DNA from: Cyanidioschyzon merolae
Taxonomy: Eukaryota
Length of the DNA: 64,000 nt
Direction: 5' to 3' (one strand)
Assembly (NCBI GenBank): GCA_000091205.1
Contig: AP006499.2
Of the stretch, positions 31,853 through 42,207 are shown in pieces; positions within the stretch are counted from its first letter, which is position 1, and the number at the start of each line of letters is the position of its first letter. Made by a program: the position numbers and the translations under genes. The notes under the pieces are model-generated. The model saw only the letters and a program-made list of their open reading frames with translations, ran no database searches and was not told the DNA's origin.

Positions 31853-33529
31853 TCAGCTCGTAAAGTAATAGCACACGCAAATGATGAAATAAACCGCAAG
31901 AAGCTCAATACCCTCGAGCCAGTTGCTCGTGCTGTCCCGCATCGCGTTCGCCAGCACCACCGTCGAAGCGATCAGGGCAAAGCCCCCAAACAACGGGATC
32001 TCGAGCGTCAGCGGAATACCAAGTAGCCAGGCAACCAGAACCAGCGCGGGAAACACCAGCAGACCAACCTGTACAGCTGACCCGACCGCTATCCGAACAG
32101 CAAGATCCATCTTGTTCTGCATCGCCATGGAGACTGCGCCCAGGTGCTCCGCAATGTTCCCCACCAGCGGTAAAAGGATGAAAGATACGAACGGCGGCGG
32201 GAGCGACAAAGCTGCAGCAGCCTGCTCGAGTGAACCCACCAGAGCATCCGTACAGAATGAAATCAAAAGCGTACAGAGCAGCAAGAGTACGATATTCGCC
32301 CACAGGCTCAGGTCGGGAACCTCGGTCAGCGTAGCTTGCTCCGCCGTACACGGCTGCGGACGGGTCGAACGAGCAGCTTGCCCGGCTGGGTTCCCGGCAC
32401 CGACTTGCGCATCCGCAGCGTTGTTGTTCTGCAGCGAACGCATCCGTCTCACATCGGCATCTCCGTACCTGGTGTTCGCATACGCGTCATCGGGGAACGA
32501 GCTCGTGTCCATGGATTGACCCCGTTCCATTTCATGCAGCACACCTGCCGATACCGAGATCATATCAGATTCATCGCATTGCGTACCTGCACTGCACTCG
32601 AGGCGTTGAGCATCGACACCATCGCCAGCGCCAGCATCACGCCGCTCCAGCGCCTGCTCCGCACCCAAAAAGCCTAGCGCTGATGCAGAGGCGCTCAGCG
32701 GCGATGATCGCGAGCCGGGTGCTTCCACGGCCTCGGCGTGCGTTACGAGCTCAAACACGAGATACGCCACATACAACGCTAAAAGTAAAACAGATGTGCA
32801 GCGTGAAACATAAACATCCCTGGAGCTTGCGTTGTTGACGATGCTGGTCGCATTCGAGGCCGTTTCGTTGGCAACGGCCTGTCGCCGGTGCGCGTCAACC
32901 GCTTGCCGGAAAACGCTCGGGAAGAGAATGCCAATGGTTGTAATATGCAAAATGCTCATATTGGTATCGCTGAAGGTTGGTGCAAAGGTCTGCTCTCGAA
33001 AGTGAAGTCCTCCGACAAGAAAACAAAACCCGGTGACGAAGAGTTCGTTGCCGATAATCGAGCCCAGCATCGTGGCCTTCAGCACATCCGTCAGCCGATG
33101 CCGCAGCGCCGATACGGCAAAGATGAACTCGACGGCGTTCCCAAAGGTAGCGTTCAGAAGCGCACCCAAAGCTGCTGTAGAATACCAGGAAATATGTTCG
33201 GTAAAACGACCAAGAAGGATACCCAGCGGGAAAATTCCGAAAAAGTTGCTCCAGAATATGAAGCTTGGACTGAGGTTCAGCCGCGAACCCGCGAGCCCCG
33301 GCGGTACCAGCAACAGCAGCACGTTTACGCGATATCGCATCCAGGAGTACGGAAAGAAACGCTGCGGCAAGCTCGTGGTCTTGGGTGCGAGACGCTGGTG
33401 AGGCTCCCGCCGAATCGTCCAGTGCTCGGGCAGAAGCTCCAGGTGCCCGGACGCGTGACGCCCAAACCCGCTACCCCCTGAGGACGCTGCAACCAAAGGA
33501 GACCATTCATCGTGCGTAGCCTCGTCCAT
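31853..33529 (-). CDS. Ca2+(cation)/H+ exchanger, CAX/VCX1 family
   Basis: There are two alpha-repeat signatures, GNAVEFIFAVSAL and GNIAEHLGAVSMA, and multiple TM segments. The ORF extends to 34027, but that extension runs through a (TG)n tract and overlaps the eIF3j CDS. The start was therefore set at the verified ATG at 33529 (MDEATHDEW...). Confidence 0.8.
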   Translation of the reverse strand: MDEATHDEWSPLVAASSGGSGFGRHASGHLELLPEHWTIRREPHQRLAPKTTSLPQRFFPYSWMRYRVNVLLLLVPPGLAGSRLNLSPSFIFWSNFFGIFPLGILLGRFTEHISWYSTAALGALLNATFGNAVEFIFAVSALRHRLTDVLKATMLGSIIGNELFVTGFCFLVGGLHFREQTFAPTFSDTNMSILHITTIGILFPSVFRQAVDAHRRQAVANETASNATSIVNNASSRDVYVSRCTSVLLLALYVAYLVFELVTHAEAVEAPGSRSSPLSASASALGFLGAEQALERRDAGAGDGVDAQRLECSAGTQCDESDMISVSAGVLHEMERGQSMDTSSFPDDAYANTRYGDADVRRMRSLQNNNAADAQVGAGNPAGQAARSTRPQPCTAEQATLTEVPDLSLWANIVLLLLCTLLISFCTDALVGSLEQAAAALSLPPPFVSFILLPLVGNIAEHLGAVSMAMQNKMDLAVRIAVGSAVQVGLLVFPALVLVAWLLGIPLTLEIPLFGGFALIASTVVLANAMRDSTSNWLEGIELLAVYFIICVCYYFTS

Positions 33530-33778
33530 ATGCTGTACCTGGACGTTTGTTTTCGACAGCCTGTGAGCAGCGTCTACACAGCGCAACACGACTTGCTTAC
33601 ATGCGGCTGACAACGAACGTTGTCGAAATAGTCGTTGTGTGTCGGACGGACGGCAGCAGCGAGCAGGGCGACGACTCCGGTGCTCGGCGCTGGCATTGCC
33701 TGTACCCTCTGTAGAGCGAAAGGTGGCGTTTCGTAGGGTGCTGGAGAAGGCTGTTTCGGGCAGACAGTTGTTTATACG

Positions 33779-33805
33779 TGTGTGTGTGTGCGTGCGTGTG
33801 TGTGC
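33779..33805. repeat. (TG)n/(GTGC) tract between divergent CAX and eIF3j genes
   Basis: The tract reads gtgtgtgtgtgtgcgtgcgtgtgtgtgtgc. It ends 3 bp before the eIF3j ATG. Confidence 0.9.
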
Positions 33806-33808
33806 ATC

Positions 33809-34660
33809 ATGCAGCAATCCTCTAGCGTTCCAGTTGCAGACTCCTGGGAAGACGACGAGGTGGAGTTCGATCTCCAAGCTGGTGCCGCGATCGACAGTCG
33901 CACCCGACAACAACAACAGCAGGAGCAACTGGAACAGGCACGAAAAGCTGCAGCGGCGAAGCGATCCGACCCGGACTTTGATCCCACGCTCGTCGCAAAA
34001 CTCGCTGAGCGCAAACACAAGGAACAAGAGCAGTTAGAGAGGCAGCGCATTCTGCAGGCCGAGCTTGACGCGTTGCCCGAAACCGCTCGCAAGCTCCGAC
34101 TGCAAAAGTTAACTGAAGAAGCGGACCTCCAGTACGCCAGCGAGTGGCTTGGAGGATGCACCTCCAGCGCTTCGGCGACTGCGTCCGCCACACCGGTGGA
34201 TAGTTTCTCGCTGGACAGCACCCAGCCGCGCACAAAGGCAGACTTCGAGCGCTTCGCACAGGCGCTGGTAGACCGGCTCTGTACGCTGCGGCGCGGTGCA
34301 AAGACTCCCAGGTCGTACATTTTGTTTCTCAAGGACGTTCTCCATGGACTTTTCGTCACCAGTGATGTTCTAAGTCTGGCCGAGGTTTGTGAGCTGGCTG
34401 ACTACGTGCACGAGACCCTGAAAAGCGAGCGCGAACTACGTGAACGAAGCGGTGTCGCTTCAGGTGCTGGTGGCGGAGCTGGTAGCGCTGCAGCTGGCGC
34501 AAGCACAGCGAGCCATACCGCGCATAGTAGAGGTGCCAGAAAAGCCTCCATCAGGGTGGAGCGCGGGGATGATTTTGAGGCATTTGCCGTCAGAGGTTCC
34601 CGGCACGGAGCGAGCGCTATCGCGGAACGCTTACCAGACGATGAAGAGGATTTCATGTGA
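33809..34660 (+). CDS. EIF3J: Eukaryotic translation initiation factor 3 subunit J (eIF3j/HCR1)
   Basis: It has the acidic N-terminal SWEDDEVEF. The central KLRLQKLTEEADLQYASEWLG matches human KLRLKKLQEESDLELAKETFG, and TKADFERFAQAL matches SRDDFTEFGKLL. The C-terminus has the conserved DDEEDFM. The track start at 33782 is GTG inside the (TG)n tract, so the ATG at 33809 was used. Confidence 0.72.
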   Translation: MQQSSSVPVADSWEDDEVEFDLQAGAAIDSRTRQQQQQEQLEQARKAAAAKRSDPDFDPTLVAKLAERKHKEQEQLERQRILQAELDALPETARKLRLQKLTEEADLQYASEWLGGCTSSASATASATPVDSFSLDSTQPRTKADFERFAQALVDRLCTLRRGAKTPRSYILFLKDVLHGLFVTSDVLSLAEVCELADYVHETLKSERELRERSGVASGAGGGAGSAAAGASTASHTAHSRGARKASIRVERGDDFEAFAVRGSRHGASAIAERLPDDEEDFM

Positions 34661-34707
34661 ACAGGTTCGTCGGGCTATCATTGGCGTACGGAGCAGCAGG
34701 ACGCAAC

Positions 34708-34732
34708 CACACACACACACACACATACACAC
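34708..34732. repeat. (AC)n dinucleotide tract
   Basis: The tract reads cacacacacacacacatacacac. It lies ~50 bp downstream of the eIF3j stop. Confidence 0.9.
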
Positions 34733-34817
34733 CGAACGCTTTCCAGTTGACATGACTCGAACTTGATCACCAATGCAATTGTGGATGTTCGTGTGTGCAA
34801 CGCAGCATCGTTGTGAC

Positions 34818-34818
<1 letters not shown>

Positions 34819-34852
<34 letters not shown>
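34819..34852. repeat. (GAT)11 microsatellite
   Basis: The tract reads gatgatgat... in the intergenic region between eIF3j and the primase 3' end. Confidence 0.95.
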
Positions 34853-35263
34853 CAGTACGCACCGGTATCAACTGCTGGTAGTGGATGTCGCTGGTTAACG
34901 CCATCTCCTTGGATCAGAGTAGTAGTCGTTAGGTAGCTGCAGCATCCGAGTGCTTCCCGTGCGCAGCTTTTGGTGGCGGTGCTTGCACCCCAGTTCCCAG
35001 GTATACGCCGATACCCGTGCACCGAGCACGCGCTCCCAGTCATGTCAGGTATCGGTACAGCTGCATGTTCGCAGTGGCGCTCGCAACGCTGCACGTGCAC
35101 AGGAACACTTCAAAGGGCATCGATGACGCGCACTGCTGCCTGCGTAAAGCTTCATTTAGGGATCTCGTTTCTCGTCGTCGCAATGTTGTATTCGCGGCAG
35201 TTACTGGTCGTGCTATCTATCCGAACGGGTGCGGAGCCTTGGTTTGTGCCTCGCGCCTTTGCA

Positions 35264-38200
35264 CTACCAGGATTGCTTCAATCGTTCCATTTCCGCCTCG
35301 ATGGTGTGTATCTCAGCGAGGTACGCTTCACAGCGGCGCCAAATGGCCGTGTCGGTCAATCCTGGCAGCTCCAGAGACGTAGAGCATCTTGTGGGTTGCC
35401 CGATGTTTTGAGGCGCGCCCCCGCTCGGCGCTGGAACAGATGCCGACGATGCGTCCAGCGTTTCGGGACTCGTGGAATCAGATAACGCGACTTGGGCTTC
35501 GAGCGATTCTATGGCATCATTCCACGCCTGCCAGGTGAGTGCGAGGCGAACCTTGCATCGCAGATACCGCAACCAGGCTATCTGCGCGAAGAATGTCGCG
35601 TCCATTCGGTGCCGCTCCAGATGAAGCACCAGCGAAAGCGCAAGGTCGTGATTCTGCAACCAAGGCCGCTGCCGCTCTGTCAACGCTGCATTCTCCTGAA
35701 GCCGTGCATTGGCTTCATGGACGGTTCCCGCTCCCATGTCCAAGGGCAACGCCTGCTCTGGACGACACACCCGGAGGACACCGATCGAACGAATCGTTCT
35801 GGTAATGATCCGAGCTGTACGGCTCGCAAATGAATCGCTATCTGCAAATGCAGGTTTTGTACGCATACATGGGGGCTTCGCGAGCGACACCTGCGCACCG
35901 GGTCCAAGCGACTTGGATGTACCGTTCAGCATCGGGTTTGCGCTGGACGACGAGGCGGGCGTCTCGGTGCTGTTCGCGGCGGCGTTCGGGTCAGCTTCGT
36001 CTTTGTGAACACCACGACCAGATGCAGTGATGTCTCCCGTGGATAACCCGTTGCCTAGCGGACTCGCAGCAGAACTTGCGCTGCCGTTCAAGCGCCAAGC
36101 CGGATTCGATCCCGCTGATGCCGTTCGCTCTGGGGCGGCTGCGGGCGTTGCTGACGGAGCGCGTCGCGGGGTCAACGTTGCAGAGCTGTCGCCATCGATC
36201 GGTCCGAATACCTCTTTCGGAATGCGATATGCATCTAACGGGTACTGGTGGCCTTGCTGCCTGTCCAGCGGATGGCGATGACGGTGATCCTCAACCGGTG
36301 CGTCGGTAGCATCGAGATCGCATTCCTCGATAATGCCCCGATCGATGAGCGCATCCGTCACCGCAACGATATCGTCCATGGGAAATACGGAACCGTTCGA
36401 CTCGCTTCTGCCGGTGCGGTCGGTCGAGAGACCCAATAAAAACGCAATCGCTCGTCGTATCGTTGGCACTGTGATGAGCATCAGCAGCGGGATCGACTCT
36501 TCCTGCAGCCGTTGACGCCAAGACTCGCGCTGTGCCGCTGTGGCACAGACAACGATCCGAAGGAGTTTGATTTCTGCCCAAATCCAAGGCGGGTAATCAC
36601 CATACGGTGGGGGGATGTAGCTGGCGGGTACCGCTGGCGCCGTACCCCGCCAAGCGGGCGAGATATTGGTCCCGTCACGAGCTTGCAGCTTGTAATAGGG
36701 CGCCCCGGTACCCATCGCTGGAGTCGCTGTTGACTGCACCAACGCGCCATTCACTTGCGTATCTGCGTTGTGATGAGGCACGTGAACAGGTCGCTGTTGA
36801 ACACGCCTCTTGATTTCCGCAACCAGCTCCCGATAGGGATCTTCAAGATGGTGGAACGGCACGAATAGCCCCGCAATCCGTTGTGCAACTTGCACAGTGA
36901 CTGCATGGTATTCCTTGGACTTGAGCTGCGCCATTCGAATGCAGTTTGCGATATCTTCAAGGCAAGCGTTGAGTGCCGGGCTCCGACACCAAAACAGGCG
37001 TGTCACGTCCTCCTCGGCTTTGATGCACTGTCGCGACGCTTCGACCGCGCTCACATAGGTGTCGAGTCTGCTGGTGATCTCGTGCCTCCACCAGACTTGA
37101 GCTTGCGTTACGACTTGGCGCAGATACGCTTCGCTGCCGTATGCTTGAATGTATTCATCGGCGTCTTTGACGTGAGACGGTAGCTGCGCGACACAGAGAT
37201 GCAAACCAAAACGTTCCCCATATCGTTGATATTTGTCAAGAAACATCCCAATCGTTCGTTTGGTGGCCCGGCTGCCCGCCTCGTCCTGGTCGAGCTGCAG
37301 AATGAGCCGTGGACGCAGTCTCTTGGATGAGCGCAAGGCGTGTTCGTTTTCTATCAAGCGCACGAGTTCTACGAGCATCTCGCATTGCGCGGATGTAACA
37401 CTTGTTCCAAGCGATGCGACGGCGAACCAGATACCCTCCTGGTGCAGACGGAGCACGTCGAGGTAGCCCTCGACGAGCACTACGCAGGGTCCAAAAGCAT
37501 CGGCAAGACGCCAGTCGTCCGCAAACTCCTCAGGAAAGCGAACTCTTCTCAGCGTCTCCGACATGCCGAAGAGAATCCGAGCCTTTTGAAAGACCGGTGT
37601 TTCCGGCGTATTCACATACTTGGGCCCAGTGAACGCCTCCTCCTGGGTAGGTGCTGTGACTGCCCTGAGCTGAACCTTAGTGAGGTAGCTATCCGCGTCT
37701 CGCATCGCCGTGGACCCCGACGCAGTGCTGAACATCGACGAAGCCGTTCCTACCATGGATATCGAAGGTCCGGGCAAAGAAGCAGCGCCATGACCATGGC
37801 TTCCGGAGGACCCGTTCTCCGCTGGCGGTAGCACCAGAACCGCTTCCGCTGGGTCAGGTTCCCTGGACTCAAGGCGACGGCCCCCGAATCCAACGACTCT
37901 ACCCTCTGCATCCAGGATGGGGATCATAATACGATCGCGGAAGACGTCGTAGAGGCCCTGCGAAGGCGTCCTGATCCCGAGCTTCTCCTTGTCTTGTGGC
38001 AGTGGTCGCACCTTGGCCAGACCTGCCAGAACAAGATCCTCTCCGGTAACTGCAAGCTCCGTCTGCTCATACAACATATAATCTACAAGCTCACGCCATC
38101 CAGCTGGTGCGTAACCGATACGGAAGGTGTCAATGGTGCGAGGTGAAAACCCTCGTCTCTCACAGAGGTACCGGAAGAGCCGTCGGGCCTCCGGAGAAAG

Positions 38201-38902
38201 ATGCTCTGGCCTACTTTGCAGATCCTTCAGCTGACGTCGGAAAAACTTCAGTGCGAGACTGTTCATATGCAGTACTTTCTGCTGAACTGCCGACTGCATG
38301 GAAAGCTCCTTGGGTGCGATCGCGTCAACGCCAGCGTTCACGAACGGTACGTGCTGCACAGCATCTTTTGCGTGACGTGTTTCTGACGCTTGGAGCGGAC
38401 TTGTTGATACGATCTCCTTGTTATCCTTGACATAGCTCAAGAGCGTTTTCGCAGCGGCGTGAAAGTCAGTTTTGTGTATGTTCATGAGGAAGCGGATCGC
38501 ATCCCCACTGGCACCGCAACCGAAACAGTGAAAGTACCCGCGCTCGTCGTCCACTAACATGCTCGCAGTCCGCTCGTCGTGAAACGGGCAAAGACACATA
38601 TAGCGGTTGGGTCCGCTTGGTCGTGAAGACCGCACGTGCGGCTGCACCAAGTCGAAGAGGCTGACTCGCTTTTTCGCCTGTTGCACGGACTCGCGGTCAA
38701 TTCTACTGCAGGCTACCAGTGCACGCCGAAAGCCCCCGCGTCCACCCCTCCGAAGTCGCGCGGAAACGGAAAGACCGTGCTGAGCTTTGGTGGTCGCGAT
38801 GAGGCGTTCGCAGACGCTCTGCGGGGCAAACGCTGGTGCCTGCAACGGCACACCGTTTCGCGGGTAGGAACGGCGTTTCCCCAAAGTCGCTCCGTCTGAC
38901 AT
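35264..38902 (-). CDS. dnaG: Bacterial DnaG-type DNA primase (zinc-binding + RNA-polymerase core + Toprim), nuclear-encoded, 1212 aa with long C-terminal extension
   Basis: The CHC2 zinc-binding domain CLCPFHDERTASMLVDDERGYFHCFGCGASGDAIRFLM resembles E. coli DnaG CCPFHNEKTPSF...YHCFGCGAHGNAIDFLM. The primase core contains FRDRIMIPILDAEGRVVGFGGRRL and GPKYVNTPETPVFQKARILFG. The Toprim domain contains VVLVEGYLDVLRLHQEGIWFAVASLGTS and LQLDQDEAGSRATKR. An N-terminal ~90 aa Arg-rich leader is present. The ATG at 38902 was verified. Confidence 0.85.
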   Translation of the reverse strand: MSDGATLGKRRSYPRNGVPLQAPAFAPQSVCERLIATTKAQHGLSVSARLRRGGRGGFRRALVACSRIDRESVQQAKKRVSLFDLVQPHVRSSRPSGPNRYMCLCPFHDERTASMLVDDERGYFHCFGCGASGDAIRFLMNIHKTDFHAAAKTLLSYVKDNKEIVSTSPLQASETRHAKDAVQHVPFVNAGVDAIAPKELSMQSAVQQKVLHMNSLALKFFRRQLKDLQSRPEHLSPEARRLFRYLCERRGFSPRTIDTFRIGYAPAGWRELVDYMLYEQTELAVTGEDLVLAGLAKVRPLPQDKEKLGIRTPSQGLYDVFRDRIMIPILDAEGRVVGFGGRRLESREPDPAEAVLVLPPAENGSSGSHGHGAASLPGPSISMVGTASSMFSTASGSTAMRDADSYLTKVQLRAVTAPTQEEAFTGPKYVNTPETPVFQKARILFGMSETLRRVRFPEEFADDWRLADAFGPCVVLVEGYLDVLRLHQEGIWFAVASLGTSVTSAQCEMLVELVRLIENEHALRSSKRLRPRLILQLDQDEAGSRATKRTIGMFLDKYQRYGERFGLHLCVAQLPSHVKDADEYIQAYGSEAYLRQVVTQAQVWWRHEITSRLDTYVSAVEASRQCIKAEEDVTRLFWCRSPALNACLEDIANCIRMAQLKSKEYHAVTVQVAQRIAGLFVPFHHLEDPYRELVAEIKRRVQQRPVHVPHHNADTQVNGALVQSTATPAMGTGAPYYKLQARDGTNISPAWRGTAPAVPASYIPPPYGDYPPWIWAEIKLLRIVVCATAAQRESWRQRLQEESIPLLMLITVPTIRRAIAFLLGLSTDRTGRSESNGSVFPMDDIVAVTDALIDRGIIEECDLDATDAPVEDHRHRHPLDRQQGHQYPLDAYRIPKEVFGPIDGDSSATLTPRRAPSATPAAAPERTASAGSNPAWRLNGSASSAASPLGNGLSTGDITASGRGVHKDEADPNAAANSTETPASSSSANPMLNGTSKSLGPGAQVSLAKPPCMRTKPAFADSDSFASRTARIITRTIRSIGVLRVCRPEQALPLDMGAGTVHEANARLQENAALTERQRPWLQNHDLALSLVLHLERHRMDATFFAQIAWLRYLRCKVRLALTWQAWNDAIESLEAQVALSDSTSPETLDASSASVPAPSGGAPQNIGQPTRCSTSLELPGLTDTAIWRRCEAYLAEIHTIEAEMERLKQSW

Positions 38903-40135
38903 GTGGAAAAGCAGCCCCGGCAGCTTTTCGTTATCGGTATATGTTCGGAGGAGCGATCATGCACACAGAAGAGCTGGTTACCTCAACTCGGGCGTTGAAG
39001 GTTTTGCAAAAACGACGCTTGACCCGTGTTGCTCTGGGGCCGCAGCGGCACGGCGAGGCGCACAAACGCGTGGGCATATGTAGGTTAGTCCATAAATGTG
39101 CAGATTGTTCTAGATAGGACCAGGGCATTCGACACAGACTGGAATCGATACCTCGGACTCGGGGATCCTCCTGTGGTGTGGCAATGGCGCTCGGCAACTT
39201 TGTGAAGCAGCCACCCGTCCAGTCCAGATTAGACCAGTTCCGAGAACCCTGCAACAAGGCAGTACTTGGGGTATCAGGATTTGTTCAAGCGATCACAGGA
39301 GGTGCCGATTCTAGCCCGTGCTTGCTTGCGTGCTTGCTACTGCATTGAATGCTGGACGGATTGGAGAGGGCGGTACGACGCCTCGTCGGACGTTACCTCA
39401 ATACGCAAGACTTTGTTATCCAGCGGCCTTACGGATGCTTAGACCGTCGCGGATGCCGTCCGGTGACAGAGCGGCAATGCTGCAGGCTAAGGCTCAATCG
39501 TGAGCCTGCAGCTCAGGATTCGCCGCTCTGGATCGACGTGAACGCTGCACCACGTCCGAACATGTCGCGCAATATGATTCGTGATCGTAAGACGCTGCAC
39601 GCTCTCATACTGCCCATTGGGCATGGTAGCGATCGCCTCCAACGGTCAATACAGCTGGCAGCCGTCCGATATCACCGCTCACTAGCAGCGCTAGATTCGA
39701 CAATACCGCAAGTCATGGCAAGGTCGATGACTCTGCGAAAGCACATTCCCCCACAACAGAAGAGAACCGAATAGAGGGCAAAAGGCGCATCCTCCGATTG
39801 ACTGTAGCAGGGGGAAATTCCCGTCTTGTTGCAGTGATGCGTCACTGCGTCTTTCGAAAGGCCGCTGCTGTACTTGACGATATCATCGCTGCTGGGTTCG
39901 CATACGGAGGCGCTGCACCAGACCGGCCCCGACGCAGCAGCGTTTAAAGTGAGCGTTCGCTTGTGGGTATACGTGCTTTAGGGTGTGCCAGAGACGGAAC
40001 GAAAGCGTTCACGAAAGACTGCGAAAGAGACACCGCATTTGCACCAACTGGGCCGTGGTGTCGAGTCTCTTCAGCAGGGTGCAGGCACACGAGCGTTGCT
40101 GGCGTTTTCAGGCCAGTCTCTCCTGTGATCGTGGT

Positions 40136-40777
40136 ATGAATGCGAGTGACTCTCCGCCAAGTGAAGCTAGCGACTCAAACTTGTTTCAGAGAGCCTGGAG
40201 AAATACACTAGCATACGCAGTTCGAAGCCTCTGGGGCATACCGTGCTTCCGTTGGCGTTTACACGACTTTAGCTCCGAGACGGAAGCTATTCGCAAACCG
40301 CTTGCTTCAGGTGTCCCTGTCTTGTACGTGTTGTCCGTCCGAGGTTGTCGGTATTGTGAGTTTACGCGCCGACTTTTTGAGCGTGCCGTCAACATGCCAG
40401 TGTTACCGATAGAGAGTCAGCATGCCGAGAGTAGTCGTGTCTGGCTCATCGGCGACGCGTTGCACGTCGTATGGGTCGACTGTGGTCGCAGTGAAGCCGC
40501 AGAGAGGTTCTGCGAGTCCCGCAGCCCGCGAACGATACCCCTGGTGGAACTTGCACTACCGCGGTCTCCCGATGGATCGATACCCGCTGAGGGATTCTCC
40601 ACAGTCGAGTTCTCTCGCGATACCTGGGACTGGAGCGTCATCGGGTTGCGGGCGTTTCTGCGCGCATGCGGAGTTCTACCGCCGCCAGGCCTGCCGCCTT
40701 GGCTCTATGAACGGTGGCGCCAGAGTCGGCGACTCGAGCAAACTGGCCAAATGGATGCACATCATCATATCGAGTAA
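40136..40777 (+). CDS. Possible thioredoxin-fold / glutaredoxin-like CxxC protein
   Basis: VLYVLSVRGCRYCEFTRRLFE resembles a glutaredoxin-like CxxC site in beta-alpha context. The ORF-track start at 39983 is GTG, and the first ATG is at 40136. The homology is weak. Confidence 0.3.
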   Translation: MNASDSPPSEASDSNLFQRAWRNTLAYAVRSLWGIPCFRWRLHDFSSETEAIRKPLASGVPVLYVLSVRGCRYCEFTRRLFERAVNMPVLPIESQHAESSRVWLIGDALHVVWVDCGRSEAAERFCESRSPRTIPLVELALPRSPDGSIPAEGFSTVEFSRDTWDWSVIGLRAFLRACGVLPPPGLPPWLYERWRQSRRLEQTGQMDAHHHIE

Positions 40778-41757
40778 TCGCCATCGAACTCGCTCACAGT
40801 CCGATGGCATAGCTTCGACGATATGCGTCAGCGTCTCGCGGATGCATTACTGCAACCGGTATTCAAGGAACAGACATCATTTTCTGGACGGTTGCATCCC
40901 CGCACTGTTTTTCGCGTTGCAGCTCTGGTGTCAGGAACTGAAGCTTGATAGAGCTACAGGCGCTCGAGTAGAACGTGTACCTCGGGTGCGCGTTGCGGCG
41001 CTGGAAGCGCGCCCTCTGGTCCACGTAGGTCAGGAGCACGCCGTGCGGATGCGTTGCATCAGCACCACGCAGCCTAGCTGTCTATGCAAGGTGCCGCTAA
41101 TGCGTTCTTCGCTCGAGGCGGCTCGTGCAAAAACGCTCCACAGGCTTCTATGAAGGGCCTGCTCGTCCCTGACGCACTGCCGCTGAGACCGATGCAACAG
41201 TGTTTCGGGCCCATTGCGCAAGCCACCGTCATTCGACTCTGTTGCAGCAAGGGACCGGTGTTCCCGCTGGCGAACCAGATTACGGACATGTGTTTCGTGC
41301 CCTATGCACGCTATCTGTTCTAAACGGGCAAAGAACCGTGGCCGTGTACGCTCGTGTTTGGTCAGGTCCTGCCACAATCCGGAGCTGGGCGGATACACCA
41401 GACCACCTGGCGTCTCCGTGCAAACCCCGATTCTTGGTGAAGCGGTTGTGTTCCCCTGTGCAGCGTTTCATGACCAGGAGCACGCCAACAGGTTCAACAC
41501 CAATCCAGCGGGAACAGGGACTAGGACGAAGCCCCACACAGGTTTTTGCCCCGTTATGGGATCAGAAAATCTACCCAAAAAGAAACCCTGGACTGCGGGC
41601 ATGCTGCTCAGTCAGCGGGGTAGACAACTCAAAGGATCACGTGTTGCTTTCGACATGCCCGCGTCACCGGATCCTGGTGGCCACCGAGCAAGCCCTGCAC
41701 TGGTACCTCCTCGTCTCCATAGAGAAGCGCAACATCCATCGGTATTAAAGTCGAGTA

Positions 41758-42100
41758 ACCTGTGAGAAACCTGAATCTATATACATCCATCAGTAATCAA
41801 GTCGGATACCCTGTGAGAAACCTGAATCTATATACATCCATCAGTAATCAAGTCGGATACCCTGTGAGAAACCTGAATCTATATACATCCATCAGTAATC
41901 AAGTCGGATACCCTGTGAGAAACCTGAATCTATATACATCCATCAGTAATCAAGTCGGGTACCCTGTGAGAGACCTGAATCTATATACATCCATCAGTAA
42001 TCAAGTCGGATACCCTGTGAGAAACCTGAATCTATATACATCCATCAGTAATCAAGTCGGATACCCTGTGAGAGACCTGAATCTATATACATCTATTGAA
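41758..42100. repeat. 51-bp tandem repeat, ~6.5 copies, each with a TATATACAT core
   Basis: The unit ccctgtgagaaacctgaatctatatacatccatcagtaatcaagtcggata repeats nearly perfectly, with minor variants gagaaacc/gagagacc and cggata/cgggta. The array ends ~25 bp before the first ATG (42124) of the downstream + strand gene. It appears in the ORF track as the artefactual ORF 41762-42133. Confidence 0.95.
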
Positions 42101-42207
42101 CACTTGTCAACAATCGAACCGGAATGCGCGTAGCCCTACGCTACACCACTGAGGCGCACAGACATTTCACGAACATTGTGGTGCGGTGCAGGCGACTCGA
42201 GTACGCT

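Noticed and set aside
33530-34027. N-terminal 166 aa of the CAX ORF as listed (start 34027)
   Set aside because: It reads through the (TG)n tract (THTHTR) and overlaps the eIF3j CDS. The CAX homology is fully downstream of Met167.
41762-42133. ORF encoding the repeat peptide RNLNLYTSISNQVGYPV x7
   Set aside because: It is a pure translation of the 51-bp tandem DNA repeat. It has no start context and abuts the real gene, so it is not a protein-coding gene.
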